Part shown: positions 54,644-64,000 of the stretch, piece by piece
Layout: each line of letters begins with the position of its first letter
Position numbering within the stretch: the first letter of the stretch is position 1
NCBI GenBank assembly: GCA_963773815.1
Contig: CAVZCI010000014.1
Coordinates: 271,246 to 335,245, forward strand
Direction of reading: 5' to 3'
DNA from: an uncultured Acidobacteriota bacterium
GTDB taxonomy: Bacteria > Acidobacteriota > Thermoanaerobaculia > UBA5066 > DATFVB01
DNA: 64,000 nucleotides
Position numbers and translations under genes: made by a program
Notes under the pieces: generated by a model
What the model was told of the DNA's origin: nothing
The model's input: the letters and a program-made list of their open reading frames with translations, nothing else
The model's database searches: none

Positions 54644-57061
54644 ATGAATCGTGCGGCACACTTCCTGTTCGCAATTATTTTTGTGGCGCTTGCAATGCCG
54701 AGCGGGCTCCTAGCCGACGATGTGGTTCTTGCGCTTTTCAAACCCCCGACATTGCCGGTTCCGGCGGACGTGTTCGCCGCGGCCTCGAGCGCTGATGATT
54801 ATGGCCGCGTCGCGGTGGTCCATGTTCCCGCCGCCGCTGCCGACGCTGTTACGAGCGCCCTGGCCGGGAGTGGAATCGTTGTGCACGCCTTCCCGGAATT
54901 TAACGAGATTAACCTGCGCGGATTCACGATCACGGGCCTTGACCCCGCGGCGCCAAACGTCCCAGCCGGCCAGTTTCTGACAGATTATTCGGGAGCCACG
55001 GGTCTGTACCTGCTCCAGTTTCGGGCCTTCGCGCGGCAGGACTGGCTTGATGCTGTCGCTGCGTTGGGTGGTCGCGTCATTCAGTACTTCCCGGAGAACA
55101 CGTATCTGATCGCAATCGACCCCCAGTCTCGGAAGTCACTCATGACGGTTCCGGGCTACCGGCACGCGGTGGTTTACCAACCCGCGTATAAGCTCGATGA
55201 GGCCGTCACCGATCATTTGCTCCACGACTCCGTGAGCACGCAGCTGGAGGTGGTGGTTCAGCTTGATGGCCAGCAGGATGTCAGTGCCGCCCAGGCACGC
55301 ATGGAAACCCGCGCGTTCAGCGAGGTGTCGTACGCGCGAGTGGGGCCATACTTGGACGCCCAAGCTGTCCTCACGCTCGCCGACGTCCAGTCACTTCTGA
55401 TGGACCCCGGCGTTGTTTGGATCGAGCCCGCGACATCCCCTCAGCCGAGCGACGAACGCGACTGCCAGATCGTCGCGGGGCACCACAACACCACGCAAGC
55501 CACAAACCCCGCAGCCTACGTTTCGTACTTGAATGGCCTGTGCGGTCACTGCCTGCAAGACCTCAGCTCGTACACAGCTAATGTCACCGACACGGGTCTC
55601 GACCAGGGGCCGAGCCTTCCAGTTCATGCGGACTTCGGTACTCGCGTTACGAGCTGGCAGGATTACTGCGGCACCAATCCCGAGTCGAAGCCGTCTCACG
55701 GCGAGCTCGTCGCTGGCCTCATCGCTGGCAACCCCCAGGGCACTGGAAGTACGGTGAAAGACGACCTCGGCTTCTACTACGGCACCGGGATCGCTCCCAC
55801 CGCCCACCTGCGCATTAGCCGGATCTTCAACGAGTTCGAATTCATCTGCTCCTTCACTCCAGCGAAGTACATGAGTATTACGGCGGACGGCTACAACGCC
55901 GGCGCACGCTTCCAAAACCAATCTTGGAACATGCCCACCATCTACACGTACAGTACCTACGCTCAGGCCGCTGACTACCTCGTTAGGGACGCATACGGGA
56001 CGAACACCGCGGTCCGACCGATGTTCATCACGATTGCAACGGGTAACCTGCCAAACTCCAACGGAACACACTGGGTGACCGCTCCGAGCAATGCCAAAAA
56101 CATTGTCGCCATGGGCGGCACGACGGAACTCCGCGCCCCGGGCACGTGCCCCGATCCTTCCGAGGCCCTCTCGCACATTGCCGCGCTCAGTCCTCGTGAT
56201 GTAATGAATGACACATATCGTTACAAGCCAGATTTCGTTGCACCCGCGACGCGCATCGTCTCGGCGCAGACGAATAACCCCGCTGCCAACCTGACGGGTA
56301 TATGCCCCGACCAAGATCCTGCTGGGCTCGTGAGTGGCACCAACAACCACTACGCATACGGCGCCGGAACCAGTTTTTCCACACCACAAGCAACGGGACT
56401 CGCGATCCTCTTCTCGCGCTATTATAAGAATTCCCTCGGCCTTAACAAAGGCGTTGATCCGTCACCTGCTATGATCAAGGCCATGATGCTGATCGGCGCG
56501 GAAAATATGACAACCGGTGGATGGGACGATTTTACGAATGCAGCGCTCAATTACGGAACATACCCACGCGTTCAGGGGTGGGGGCGACTCGGGTTCGCAC
56601 GCCTCTTTGACGGAACACATTCTATTTCTTACGACGAAGACCACGCCGTTACACCGACGCGCCGCTTCACCGCTACCGGACAGTCGTACACGTTCACCTT
56701 CCCTCGGTCGGACGTAACGAAGCCGGTCAGAATTGCGCTCGCCTACACCGACCCGGCGGCGGCTGTGAACGCGTCGGCCGAGCGCGTCAACAATCTTGTT
56801 ATGGTTGCCATGAAAGCCGGCACTGCTTGGTGGTGCGACAACGACCAGATGGACATCAACGGCTACACGCCTGCGGTGGGGGGGTGCGACCCCTTCGCGC
56901 AAGAGTCAAATAACCTACGCTTTATCAATATTTCGCCCAATAGTTTTAGCGGCACGTTCACCGTAGAGGTGGACGCGCTTGGAATTTCGGCGAAGAGCGT
57001 GCCCGGTCTTGACGCCGGGTTCAATCAGGATTTTGCCTTGTGGGTGTACAATGCGCAATAA
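54644..57061 (+). CDS. secreted S8 (subtilisin-like) serine peptidase
   Basis: SD GGAGG. Signal MNRAAHFLFAIIFVALAMPSGLLA. Catalytic triad contexts VTDTGLD, SHGELVAGLIAG and GAGTSFSTPQATG. Visibly lower GC than the flanks. Confidence 0.85.
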   Translation: MNRAAHFLFAIIFVALAMPSGLLADDVVLALFKPPTLPVPADVFAAASSADDYGRVAVVHVPAAAADAVTSALAGSGIVVHAFPEFNEINLRGFTITGLDPAAPNVPAGQFLTDYSGATGLYLLQFRAFARQDWLDAVAALGGRVIQYFPENTYLIAIDPQSRKSLMTVPGYRHAVVYQPAYKLDEAVTDHLLHDSVSTQLEVVVQLDGQQDVSAAQARMETRAFSEVSYARVGPYLDAQAVLTLADVQSLLMDPGVVWIEPATSPQPSDERDCQIVAGHHNTTQATNPAAYVSYLNGLCGHCLQDLSSYTANVTDTGLDQGPSLPVHADFGTRVTSWQDYCGTNPESKPSHGELVAGLIAGNPQGTGSTVKDDLGFYYGTGIAPTAHLRISRIFNEFEFICSFTPAKYMSITADGYNAGARFQNQSWNMPTIYTYSTYAQAADYLVRDAYGTNTAVRPMFITIATGNLPNSNGTHWVTAPSNAKNIVAMGGTTELRAPGTCPDPSEALSHIAALSPRDVMNDTYRYKPDFVAPATRIVSAQTNNPAANLTGICPDQDPAGLVSGTNNHYAYGAGTSFSTPQATGLAILFSRYYKNSLGLNKGVDPSPAMIKAMMLIGAENMTTGGWDDFTNAALNYGTYPRVQGWGRLGFARLFDGTHSISYDEDHAVTPTRRFTATGQSYTFTFPRSDVTKPVRIALAYTDPAAAVNASAERVNNLVMVAMKAGTAWWCDNDQMDINGYTPAVGGCDPFAQESNNLRFINISPNSFSGTFTVEVDALGISAKSVPGLDAGFNQDFALWVYNAQ

Positions 57062-57863
57062 GCCATTGCTCGCGGTTCTCACATCGCTTTGCGCCGCCAC
57101 GGCACTTGCCTTTACCGTGCACGCCCCGCTCGTTGGCTCAGTCGGGGCATGGCACACGGAAACGAGGCTCTGGAATCCGAACGCGGCGGCCGCGACGGTA
57201 ACGATCACGGATGTCGTTGGAACGGGAACCCCGGCGCTTACGACCTTCACGATCCCGCCCAACGGTGTTCTCGACCTGCCCGACTGGGCATTCTTCTGCG
57301 CTGACTACCAAGGCTGCAGCACGCCGATAGGCCCGCTGCTCGCATCGGTTGAGTTCACAAGTGATCAACCGATTCGCCTCTATACCGAAGTTACGCTGGA
57401 CACCGCGTTCGATGGGGGCCACCCCAGCACTCCACCGCCGGCGCTGCCATATTACGGGGGCGGCCTGTGGGACGCGCTCGCCGGCGCTCTACTTCATGGC
57501 GTTCCCGCGTACCATTCCCCCGGCACTCCCGTCGATCTTGCCTGGCTCACGGCCTCGCCCAGCCGGTATCGGAACAACCTGTATTTCGTCAACCCAAGTG
57601 CGAACACTCTCACCGTCACAGCGTCGTTCACGGACAAAACCGGCGCCGGAACCATCACGAAGGACTACACTGTCGCCCCGAGATCGAACACGATCATCGG
57701 CGACGTGTTCGCTGACCCGGCGCTCGCGGCACTCCGAGGTCCCGTGACCGCCCGGCTGGTTGGCGACCAGTCGTTCGACGTCGTGGCAGCAATCACCGCC
57801 GTCGAGCCTCTCTGCGACATCAACGGCCATCAAACCCTCATCCAGGGAGAGGAGCTCCCCTAA
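57051..57863 (+). CDS. secreted protein with two related beta-rich halves, unknown function
   Basis: ATG 57051 overlaps the S8 gene end by 11 nt. Signal MRNKPLLAVLTSLCAATALA. The halves WHTETRLWNPNAAAATVTITD... and YRNNLYFVNPSANTLTVTASF... share a pattern. Confidence 0.6.
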   Translation: MRNKPLLAVLTSLCAATALAFTVHAPLVGSVGAWHTETRLWNPNAAAATVTITDVVGTGTPALTTFTIPPNGVLDLPDWAFFCADYQGCSTPIGPLLASVEFTSDQPIRLYTEVTLDTAFDGGHPSTPPPALPYYGGGLWDALAGALLHGVPAYHSPGTPVDLAWLTASPSRYRNNLYFVNPSANTLTVTASFTDKTGAGTITKDYTVAPRSNTIIGDVFADPALAALRGPVTARLVGDQSFDVVAAITAVEPLCDINGHQTLIQGEELP

Positions 57864-57953
57864 GAGGCGAAGAGTGATTTCACGACCGTGGCGGTCGCGT
57901 TGAGCCCCGGCGCTAACCCGCGAGGGTCTGATCTCACCGGTTTGCCGGGCCGA

Positions 57954-58127
57954 TCACTTCCACCCGAAGAGACGGGACCAGAATCCGGCTTTCGGGGCCG
58001 GTGAGGCCGCGGGCGGGGCCGCCGGGGGAGGGGCGGAGCCGGCCGCGGCGCCCTGCCGCCGCAGCCTCGTGAGCTTTTCGGTCTCGTCGCGATTCAACCG
58101 CGCGTGACTGGCGGGCGAATCGGACAT
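57954..58127 (-). CDS. possible 57-aa Pro/Ala-rich protein
   Basis: ATG 58127. MSDSPASHARLNRDETEKLTRLRRQG...GFWSRLFGWK. No clear SD. Confidence 0.25.
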   Translation of the reverse strand: MSDSPASHARLNRDETEKLTRLRRQGAAAGSAPPPAAPPAASPAPKAGFWSRLFGWK

Positions 58128-58263
58128 GACGTCCGTCGGAATCGTCGTCAGGCTGGTCTCGACCTCGATCTGCCGCCGGCTCGTCCAGCGATTGGGCTTC
58201 CTCACGGGCTCTCTCCTTCGGAGTTGTGGGGTGAGATCTTGTCGCGCCCCTCGCTCGGTGTCA

Positions 58264-59725
58264 ATGGCGGATTCGATAAGATTCCCGCGGATGGGAGAAA
58301 ATCCGCTCGAGCTTTCCTCGACCGACCTGAGGCGACTCGTCGAGGAGGCGCTCGTCCGGATCGCGGCGCACGTCGATTCTCTTCCGAAGCAGCCGTCGTG
58401 GAACACGGAGACGGGGCCGGAGCTCGCGCGATCGCTGAGGGAGCGAGCGGCGCCCGAGTCCGGAACGGCCCCGAAAGAGCTGTTCGACCTCCTGTTCGAC
58501 CGCGTCATTCCCGTGAGCTTCAATACCGCAGGCCCCGGTTACCTCGCCTACATCCCGGGCGGAGGGCTCCTCCAGTCCGCCGTCGCGGACCTGATCGCCG
58601 ACTGCACGAACCGCTACGTCGGCGTCTGGGCCGCCGCGCCCGGTCTCGCGCAGATCGAGGCGAACGTCGTGTCGTGGTTCTGCGAGATCGTCGGCTATCC
58701 GCCTTCGGCGCGCGGAATCCTGACGAGCGGCGGGTCGCTCGCGAATTTCTCCGCGATCGTGACCGCGCGCCGCGCGCGGCTGCCGGAGAACTTTCTTCGC
58801 GGCACGATCTACACGTCGGACCAGACCCATCATTCGGTCCGCAAGGCCGCGATCCTCGCGGGCTTTCCGGAAGACAACGTGCGCGAGATTCGGTCGGACG
58901 ATTCGTTCCGGATCCGGCTCGACGAGCTGGCGAACGCGATCGCGAGCGACCGAGCGTCCGGCCTCTCGCCCTTCCTCGTCGTCGGAAGCGCCGGAACGAC
59001 GAACACCGGCGCGGTCGACGACCTCGAGGCTCTCGCCGATCTGTGCGAGAAAGAGAAGCTGTGGTTCCACGTGGACGGCGCGTACGGGGGATTCTTTCTC
59101 CTCACGGAAGAGGGGCGGCGGGCGATGCGGGGCATCGAGCGCGCCGATTCGATCGTCGCTCGACCCGCACAAGGGCCTTTTTCTCCCGTACGGTACGGGA
59201 TCGCTCCTCGTTCGCGACGGCGCCGCGCTCGAGCGAGCGCATGCGGTCGGCGCGGAGTACCTGCCCGCGATGCAGAAAGAGGAAGAGTTCGTCGATTTCT
59301 GCGAGCTCTCCCCGGAGCTTTCCCGGGACTGGAGGGGACTGCGGGTCTGGCTGCCGGTGAAGATGCACGGGCTCGGCGCGTTTCGTGAGGCGCTCGCGGA
59401 AAAGCTCGAGCTCGCTCGCTGGGCGTGCTCGGAACTGAAAAAGATTCCCGGCGTCGAGATCATCGCGGAGCCGCAGCTCTCCATCGTCGCATTCCGGATT
59501 TCCCGGCCCGGCGCCGGCGAGGACGAGACGAATGTCCTCAATCGAGAGTTTCTCGGCCGCGTCAACGCGAAGAAGCGCGTGTACCTGACGGGCACGACCA
59601 TCGGCGGCAGGTTCGTCGTTCGAATCTGCGTGATCTCGTTCCGCACGCATCTCGACCGGATGCGCGAAGCGATCGAAGACATTCGGTCCGCCGCGGCCGG
59701 CGCTCTCGCGGCGCGAACTTCCTGA
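58264..59725 (+). pseudogene. group II PLP-dependent (aromatic amino acid-type) decarboxylase, single frameshift at the PLP-lysine motif
   Basis: SGGSLANFSAIVTAR, HVDGAYGGFF, then SIV | LDPHKGLFLPYGTGSLLVRD continues in the 59270 frame. One extra nucleotide around 59158. Confidence 0.75.
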
Positions 59726-59774
59726 TCCGGCGGATCTGGCCTCGATCTTGCAATTTCCTTCGGCGGAGGTCGAA

Positions 59775-60345
59775 ATGGACCAGACTTATAACCACTCGCT
59801 CTTCGCCGATGCCCGGGAAGAGCCGGACCACTCCGGAACGAAGCGAGCCAAGATATTTCTCGTCGTCCTTTTGGTTTTCGCGGGCCTCGTCGCGCTCGCG
59901 GTCGCGATGCAGAAGAGTCAGCCCACGGTCAGCCGTGTCACGACCGAGACTTCGACGGCCGCGCAATCGGTTCCTCCTCCGGTAGACGCCACGGCCGTTC
60001 CTGCGGTGCCCGCGGCGGCCCAGGCCGTTCCGCCGGCGACGGAAGAGCCGGCGGCCGCTCCGACCGCCGAGAAGTCGGCCGTGGAAACGGCGCCCGCGGT
60101 TGCGCGAACGCCGGCCGGCCGCGAAGAAGAAGGCCGCCTCGCATGGCCGCACGATCGTGACCGAAACGCCGGTACCTTCGTCGCCGGCGCCGGCCGTCGC
60201 TCCTCCTCAGCTCGCGCCCGTGCCGATCGCGGCTCCCGTGGTTCCGGCTCCGATCCCGACCACGAGTCCCGCCCCGGCCATCCGCGCCGGCACCTCGACG
60301 TCGACTCCGCCGGAAGAGGTTCCTCCTCCTCCGCCGCCGGTTTGA
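59775..60345 (+). CDS. single-TM Pro/Ala-rich protein (probable frameshift near 60120)
   Basis: SD GGAGG 5 nt before ATG 59775. TM IFLVVLLVFAGLVALAVA. The low-complexity tail ends in the 60100 frame at TGA 60345, which is followed by a terminator. The original frame instead runs through the hairpin to 60413. Confidence 0.45.
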
Positions 60346-60375
60346 CGCCGCCTCGATCTCTTGTTTCCTCGGAAG

Positions 60376-60399
60376 GGCCGCCCTCGCGGGCGGCCTTTT
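60376..60399 (+). terminator. rho-independent terminator
   Basis: Stem ggccgccc/gggcggcc with a 4-nt loop, followed by TTTT. Confidence 0.7.
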
Positions 60400-60562
60400 C
60401 GTCGCCGGGATAGGATTCCGGCCTGGAGGCGCGCTCCTGCCCGACGATTCCCTGGAAGAGCTCAGCTCCCTGCTGAATGCCACGCTGGACGCGACGGCCG
60501 ACGGAATTCTCGTCACCGATAGCGACGGAAAGATCGTCACGTTCAACCAGCAGTTCATCAAC

Positions 60563-61702
60563 ATGTGGAAGATCCCTCCGGCGATCGCCGCGAGCCGCAA
60601 GGACGACCAGGCCGTCGCGTTCGTGCTCGACCAGCTCAAAGATCCCGGGAGTTTCGTCACGAAAGTGATGGAGCTCTACTCGGCTCCGGACGCGGAGAGC
60701 TTCGACACGCTGGAGTTCAAGGACGGCCGCTGGTTCGAACGGCACTCCAGGCCGCGAAGGCTCGGCGGCCGCAACGCCGGCCGCGTCTGGAGCTTCCGCG
60801 ACATCACCGACCTCGTGCGCACCGAGCGGGAGCTCTCGCGGGCCGCTTCGCGCCTTCGCGCGGCGCTCGACGCGACCGCGGACGGAATCGTGATCGTGGA
60901 CCTGGAGGGGAATCTCGTCGATTTCAACCGCCAGGTCGTGGAGATGTGGGCGATCCCGAACGACATCGTCGTCTCGCTGGACGCGACCCGGCTCCGCGAG
61001 CACCTCCTCCAGCAGATGAAGCATCCCGACCGATTCCTCAAGAAGGTGAGGGAGATCTACCGGGAGCCGGACGGGCAGAGCTACGACTGGCTCGCGCTCA
61101 AAGACGGGAGGGTCTTCGAACGCTATTCGCGCCCGCAAAGAATCGGACAACAGATCGTGGGCCGCGTGTGGAGCTTCCGCGACGTCACGAAGCAGAAGCA
61201 GCTCGAGGAAGAGCTTCAGAAGATCCGCGGGGGGCTTCTTCCCGGCGCCGAATCGGGGGACCCGCGCGACGTCGAGACGCTCGACGGAATTCTGGCGGCG
61301 TTCTACGAGGTCATCTCCGGCGAAGCCGGAGAACCGCGCCAGTGGGACCGCGACCGCACGCTCTACCTGCCGGGCGCGCGCCAGGTCGCGACCGGCGTCA
61401 CGGGATCGAAGCCGTACGCCCTCGTGATGGACCACGCGGAGTACGTGGAGCGCTCCAACGACGCGATGGTCGGCAGCGGGTTCTTCGAGACCGAAATCCA
61501 CCGGTCCGTCGAGAGGTTCGGCAACCTCGCGCACGTCTTCTCGACGTACGAGTCCCGGCGGACGAAGGACGGCCCGGTGTTCGCCCGGGGCGTCAACTCG
61601 ATCGACCTCTACTTCGACGGGACGCGGTGGTGGATTGCTTCGGTCGTTTGGGACAACGAGCGCGCGGAAAATCCGATTCCGGAGAAGTGGCTTCCGGGCT
61701 AG
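60563..61702 (+). CDS. PAS-PAS protein with C-terminal NTF2/SnoaL-like domain (start unresolved)
   Basis: Two PAS units (LDATADGI.V.D..G..V.FN......MW.IP ... GRVWSFRD.T). The first PAS begins in frame upstream of the first ATG (LNATLDATADGILVTDSDGKIVTFNQQFIN, from about 60440) with no ATG/GTG/TTG there. Confidence 0.65.
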   Translation: MWKIPPAIAASRKDDQAVAFVLDQLKDPGSFVTKVMELYSAPDAESFDTLEFKDGRWFERHSRPRRLGGRNAGRVWSFRDITDLVRTERELSRAASRLRAALDATADGIVIVDLEGNLVDFNRQVVEMWAIPNDIVVSLDATRLREHLLQQMKHPDRFLKKVREIYREPDGQSYDWLALKDGRVFERYSRPQRIGQQIVGRVWSFRDVTKQKQLEEELQKIRGGLLPGAESGDPRDVETLDGILAAFYEVISGEAGEPRQWDRDRTLYLPGARQVATGVTGSKPYALVMDHAEYVERSNDAMVGSGFFETEIHRSVERFGNLAHVFSTYESRRTKDGPVFARGVNSIDLYFDGTRWWIASVVWDNERAENPIPEKWLPG

Positions 61703-63222
61703 AGACCGGTGAAGAGCGCCGCGTAGAGCTCGATCGCGTCCCAGAGGTTCCGGATTCTCAGGTTCTCGTTGGCCGAGTGCTGGTTGTCGTCGTGGTTCGC
61801 GATCGGCACGCCGACGACCGGCGTCTTTCCGCCGTCCTGGAAGAGGTACATCGGGATGCTGCCGCCGAGCGACGGCATCTGGACGACTTCCCGGCCCGCC
61901 GCGCGTTCGGCCGCGGCGATCACGGCTTTGGAAAAGGGTATGTCCATCGACGTTCGCGCCGGAGGATATCCGCCCTCCCATTCGAGCTTCGCGATCTTTC
62001 CGTGCGCTGCCCGCGTCGCGGCGTCGGGCGCCGCTCGGACGATGAAATATCCGCGGCTCTCGACGAACGCCTCGACTTTCGCTCTCACGCTTTCGGGCGT
62101 CTCGTCCGGCACGAGGCGGAAGTCGATCGAAGCGGTCGCTTCCGGCAGGATGACGTTCGCGGCCTGGGCGCCGATCTGGCCGGCCGAGATCCCGCGCACG
62201 TTCAATGCGGGCCGGTGGATCAGCGCGACGAGCGAGTCCCGGGATTCCGGTTCGGAAAACCCGAACTCCCGTTCGAGATCCTTTTCGACCGGGGGGACGG
62301 CCGCGATCGCGCTCTTCTCGGCTTCCGAAAGGGCTCGAACGTCGTTTTCGAAGCCGGGAATGAGAATTCTTCCGTCCTCGGCGCGCATCGCGTCGAGCAG
62401 GTGAGTCAGCCGGACGATCGGGTTCGGCGCCCAGTTGCCGTAGTGACCGCTGTGGAGGCCCCGGTTCGGACCGTAGACGGTCAACTCCAGGCCCGTCACG
62501 CCCCGCGCGCCAAAAAACAGCTGAGGGCGGCGGCTCTGGTGGACGGGGCCGTCGCAAAGGATCCATCCGTCCGTCCGGAATTCGGCCGCGTATTTCGACA
62601 GGATCTCCCGGAGGTGGGGCGATCCCGCCTCCTCTTCGCCCTCGAAGAAAAACCGAAGGTTGACGGAAGGACGAATTCCCGCCTCGCGGAGCGCATCGAG
62701 CGCGGCGAGGAAGCCCACGATCGGCGCCTTGTCGTCCCCCGCGGACCGCCCGTAGAGCCGCCACTCGGGGTCCCACGGACTTCCCGGGCCCGGCCAGGCG
62801 ATCTCGCGTCCCCCGTCCTCGAGAGGGCGGTCCCGAAGGATCGGGTGGAACGGGTCGCCGTTCCACTGCTTCGCGTCGACCGGCTGGCCGTCGTAATGGG
62901 CGTAGAACGTGACGGTCTTCTTCGCCCCGGGAAAATCCTTCGCGGCGAATACGACGGGGGGCGCTCCTTCGACGCGGAGGAGCCGCACGGAGAATTCCCT
63001 TCCGCGGTACAGCGCCGCGACGGCGGCGGCGTTCTTTTCGATGTTCGGGGAGTCGGCGGCCCGATTGGGGATCTCGAGGAGATCCGCGAGCTCGCGGATG
63101 ATCTCCGTCTCGTGCGAGGCTCGGTAGGATCGCGCGGCCGAAACGGCGTCCGGCGGCGCACCGACGGCGCCGGCGGCGCCGAGGGACGCGAACAGGGCGG
63201 GGAGGATCCAGCGGCTCGTCAT
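61699..63222 (-). CDS. secreted M20/M28-type metallopeptidase (dipeptidase-like)
   Basis: Signal peptide. Motifs FYAHYDGQP, GRSAGDDKAP, FFFEGEEEAGS and HSANENL. Confidence 0.8.
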   Translation of the reverse strand: MTSRWILPALFASLGAAGAVGAPPDAVSAARSYRASHETEIIRELADLLEIPNRAADSPNIEKNAAAVAALYRGREFSVRLLRVEGAPPVVFAAKDFPGAKKTVTFYAHYDGQPVDAKQWNGDPFHPILRDRPLEDGGREIAWPGPGSPWDPEWRLYGRSAGDDKAPIVGFLAALDALREAGIRPSVNLRFFFEGEEEAGSPHLREILSKYAAEFRTDGWILCDGPVHQSRRPQLFFGARGVTGLELTVYGPNRGLHSGHYGNWAPNPIVRLTHLLDAMRAEDGRILIPGFENDVRALSEAEKSAIAAVPPVEKDLEREFGFSEPESRDSLVALIHRPALNVRGISAGQIGAQAANVILPEATASIDFRLVPDETPESVRAKVEAFVESRGYFIVRAAPDAATRAAHGKIAKLEWEGGYPPARTSMDIPFSKAVIAAAERAAGREVVQMPSLGGSIPMYLFQDGGKTPVVGVPIANHDDNQHSANENLRIRNLWDAIELYAALFTGL

Positions 63223-63298
63223 CTTCGGCTCGCGGATCTTAACTCGACCGGGGCGCGATTTTCAGCACGGCACTTGCGTTACGATTGACGCCGCGAGC

Positions 63299-64000
63299 AT
63301 GAAATCGATCTCCGTCGTGATTCCGGTCTACAACGAGGAGGAGAATCTCCCGGCGCTGCTCCCGCGGCTGCTGCCCGTGCTCGACTCGACCGGCCGCCGC
63401 TACGAAGATTCTCTTCGTCGACGACGGCAGCCGCGACGGATCGCTCGCGATCCTGAAGTCTTTCGGGGAGGCCCACGCGGGGGCCGTTCGGGTGCTCGAG
63501 CTCGCGCGGAATTTCGGCCAGCATCCGGCGATCCTGGCCGCGTTCCAGCAGTCCCGCGGCGACGTCGTCGTGACGCTCGACGCCGATCTCCAGAATCCGC
63601 CCGAAGAGATTCCGAAGCTCCTCGCGAAGATCGACGAAGGGTACGACGTTGTCGGCGGCGTTCGCCGGAACCGCCACGATTCCTTCTTTCGAAAGGCCGC
63701 GTCGCGGATGGTGAACCGCGTGACCGGGGCGATCACCGGGATGAAGCTCTCCGACTACGGCTGCATGCTGCGCGCGTACTCGCGCGATGTCGTCGACGAA
63801 ATCAACGCGTGCGAGGAGAACGCGACGTTCATTCCCGCCCTTGCGCAGTCGTTTGCGCGCCGGCCGACGGAAGTCGACGTCGAGCACGCGAAACGCGCGG
63901 CCGGCGTCTCGAAGTACTCCCTCTACCGGCTCGTCCGCCTGAACTTCGACCTGATGACCGGCTTCTCGGTCGTGCCTCTCCAGATCTTCACTCTCTTCGG
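63299..64000 (+). pseudogene. GT2 glycosyltransferase (ArnC/GtrB-like), 3' end outside window, one frameshift
   Basis: MKSISVVIPVYNEEENLP..., then after an indel near 63405-63410 ILFVDDGSRDGS...ARNFGQHPAILAAF...VTLDADLQNPPEEI...GVSKYSLYRLVRLNFDLMTGFSVVPLQ continues in another frame. Confidence 0.7.

Noticed and set aside
59918-62866. 982-aa minus-strand ORF (and the 907-aa ORF 60565-63288)
   Set aside because: They span three real genes on either strand (PAS protein, M20 peptidase). The composition is Arg/Pro/Gly-rich and no domain signatures are present.

Overview
High-GC bacterial chromosome segment. The gene content points to Acidobacteriota or a close relative: PadR plus a duplicated-FtsX ADOP-type permease, two giant CarboxypepD_reg/TonB-like outer-membrane proteins, and BNR/sortilin-like proteins.

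Gene order, left to right:
- Envelope glycosylation genes (YfhO-like tail, DUF1761, GT-C glycosyltransferase).
- A minus-strand ABC operon (ATPase, double-FtsX permease, AttH/CrtC-like lipocalin) divergent from an ECF sigma/anti-sigma pair.
- A small secreted peptide and a tyrosinase-like ORF.
- A 2.4-kb stretch of frame-broken genes (SDR, hemerythrin, DUF6328-like, start of an M49 peptidase).
- A decayed AraC gene.
- Two S41-like peptidase paralogues split by an IS481-family relic.
- A visibly AT-richer two-gene cassette abutting the 3' end of tRNA-Ala(CGC).
- PadR plus ADOP permease, both frame-broken.
- A BNR protein translationally coupled to a MoaD/ThiS-like protein.
- OMP paralogue 1, flanked by RHH-like and XRE regulators.
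- A LytS/LytTR two-component pair and two NTF2-like proteins.
- OMP paralogue 2.
- A methyltransferase, a DUF6496-like protein and a TPR gene.
- A 277-bp MITE.
- An 11-kb Cu/Ag island: Cys-rich mini-proteins, a beta-barrel, Gly/Met mini-membrane proteins, a CusF-like Met-rich protein, YHS, a SAM-MTase, DUF302 and cusCBA.
- A crotonase and a large BNR/sortilin-like gene.
- A lower-GC S8 subtilase plus a secreted tandem-beta protein.
- A PLP decarboxylase, a PAS-PAS-NTF2 protein, an M20 peptidase and a GT2 (ArnC-like) fragment.

I found no rRNA and no CRISPR array.

Caveat: at least 17 genes need one or more frame switches to give their conserved protein sequence, while neighbouring 3-kb genes are intact. 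At least one switch sits in a homopolymer run. Assembly indel error and genuine pseudogenisation cannot be told apart from sequence alone.

Most interesting candidates:
- The tRNA-flanking low-GC two-gene cassette.
- A repeated RHH-like module in three copies around OMP1.
- A conserved 71-nt element upstream of several copper-island operons.
- A TA-flanked MITE.
- Nested-palindrome REP-like elements.
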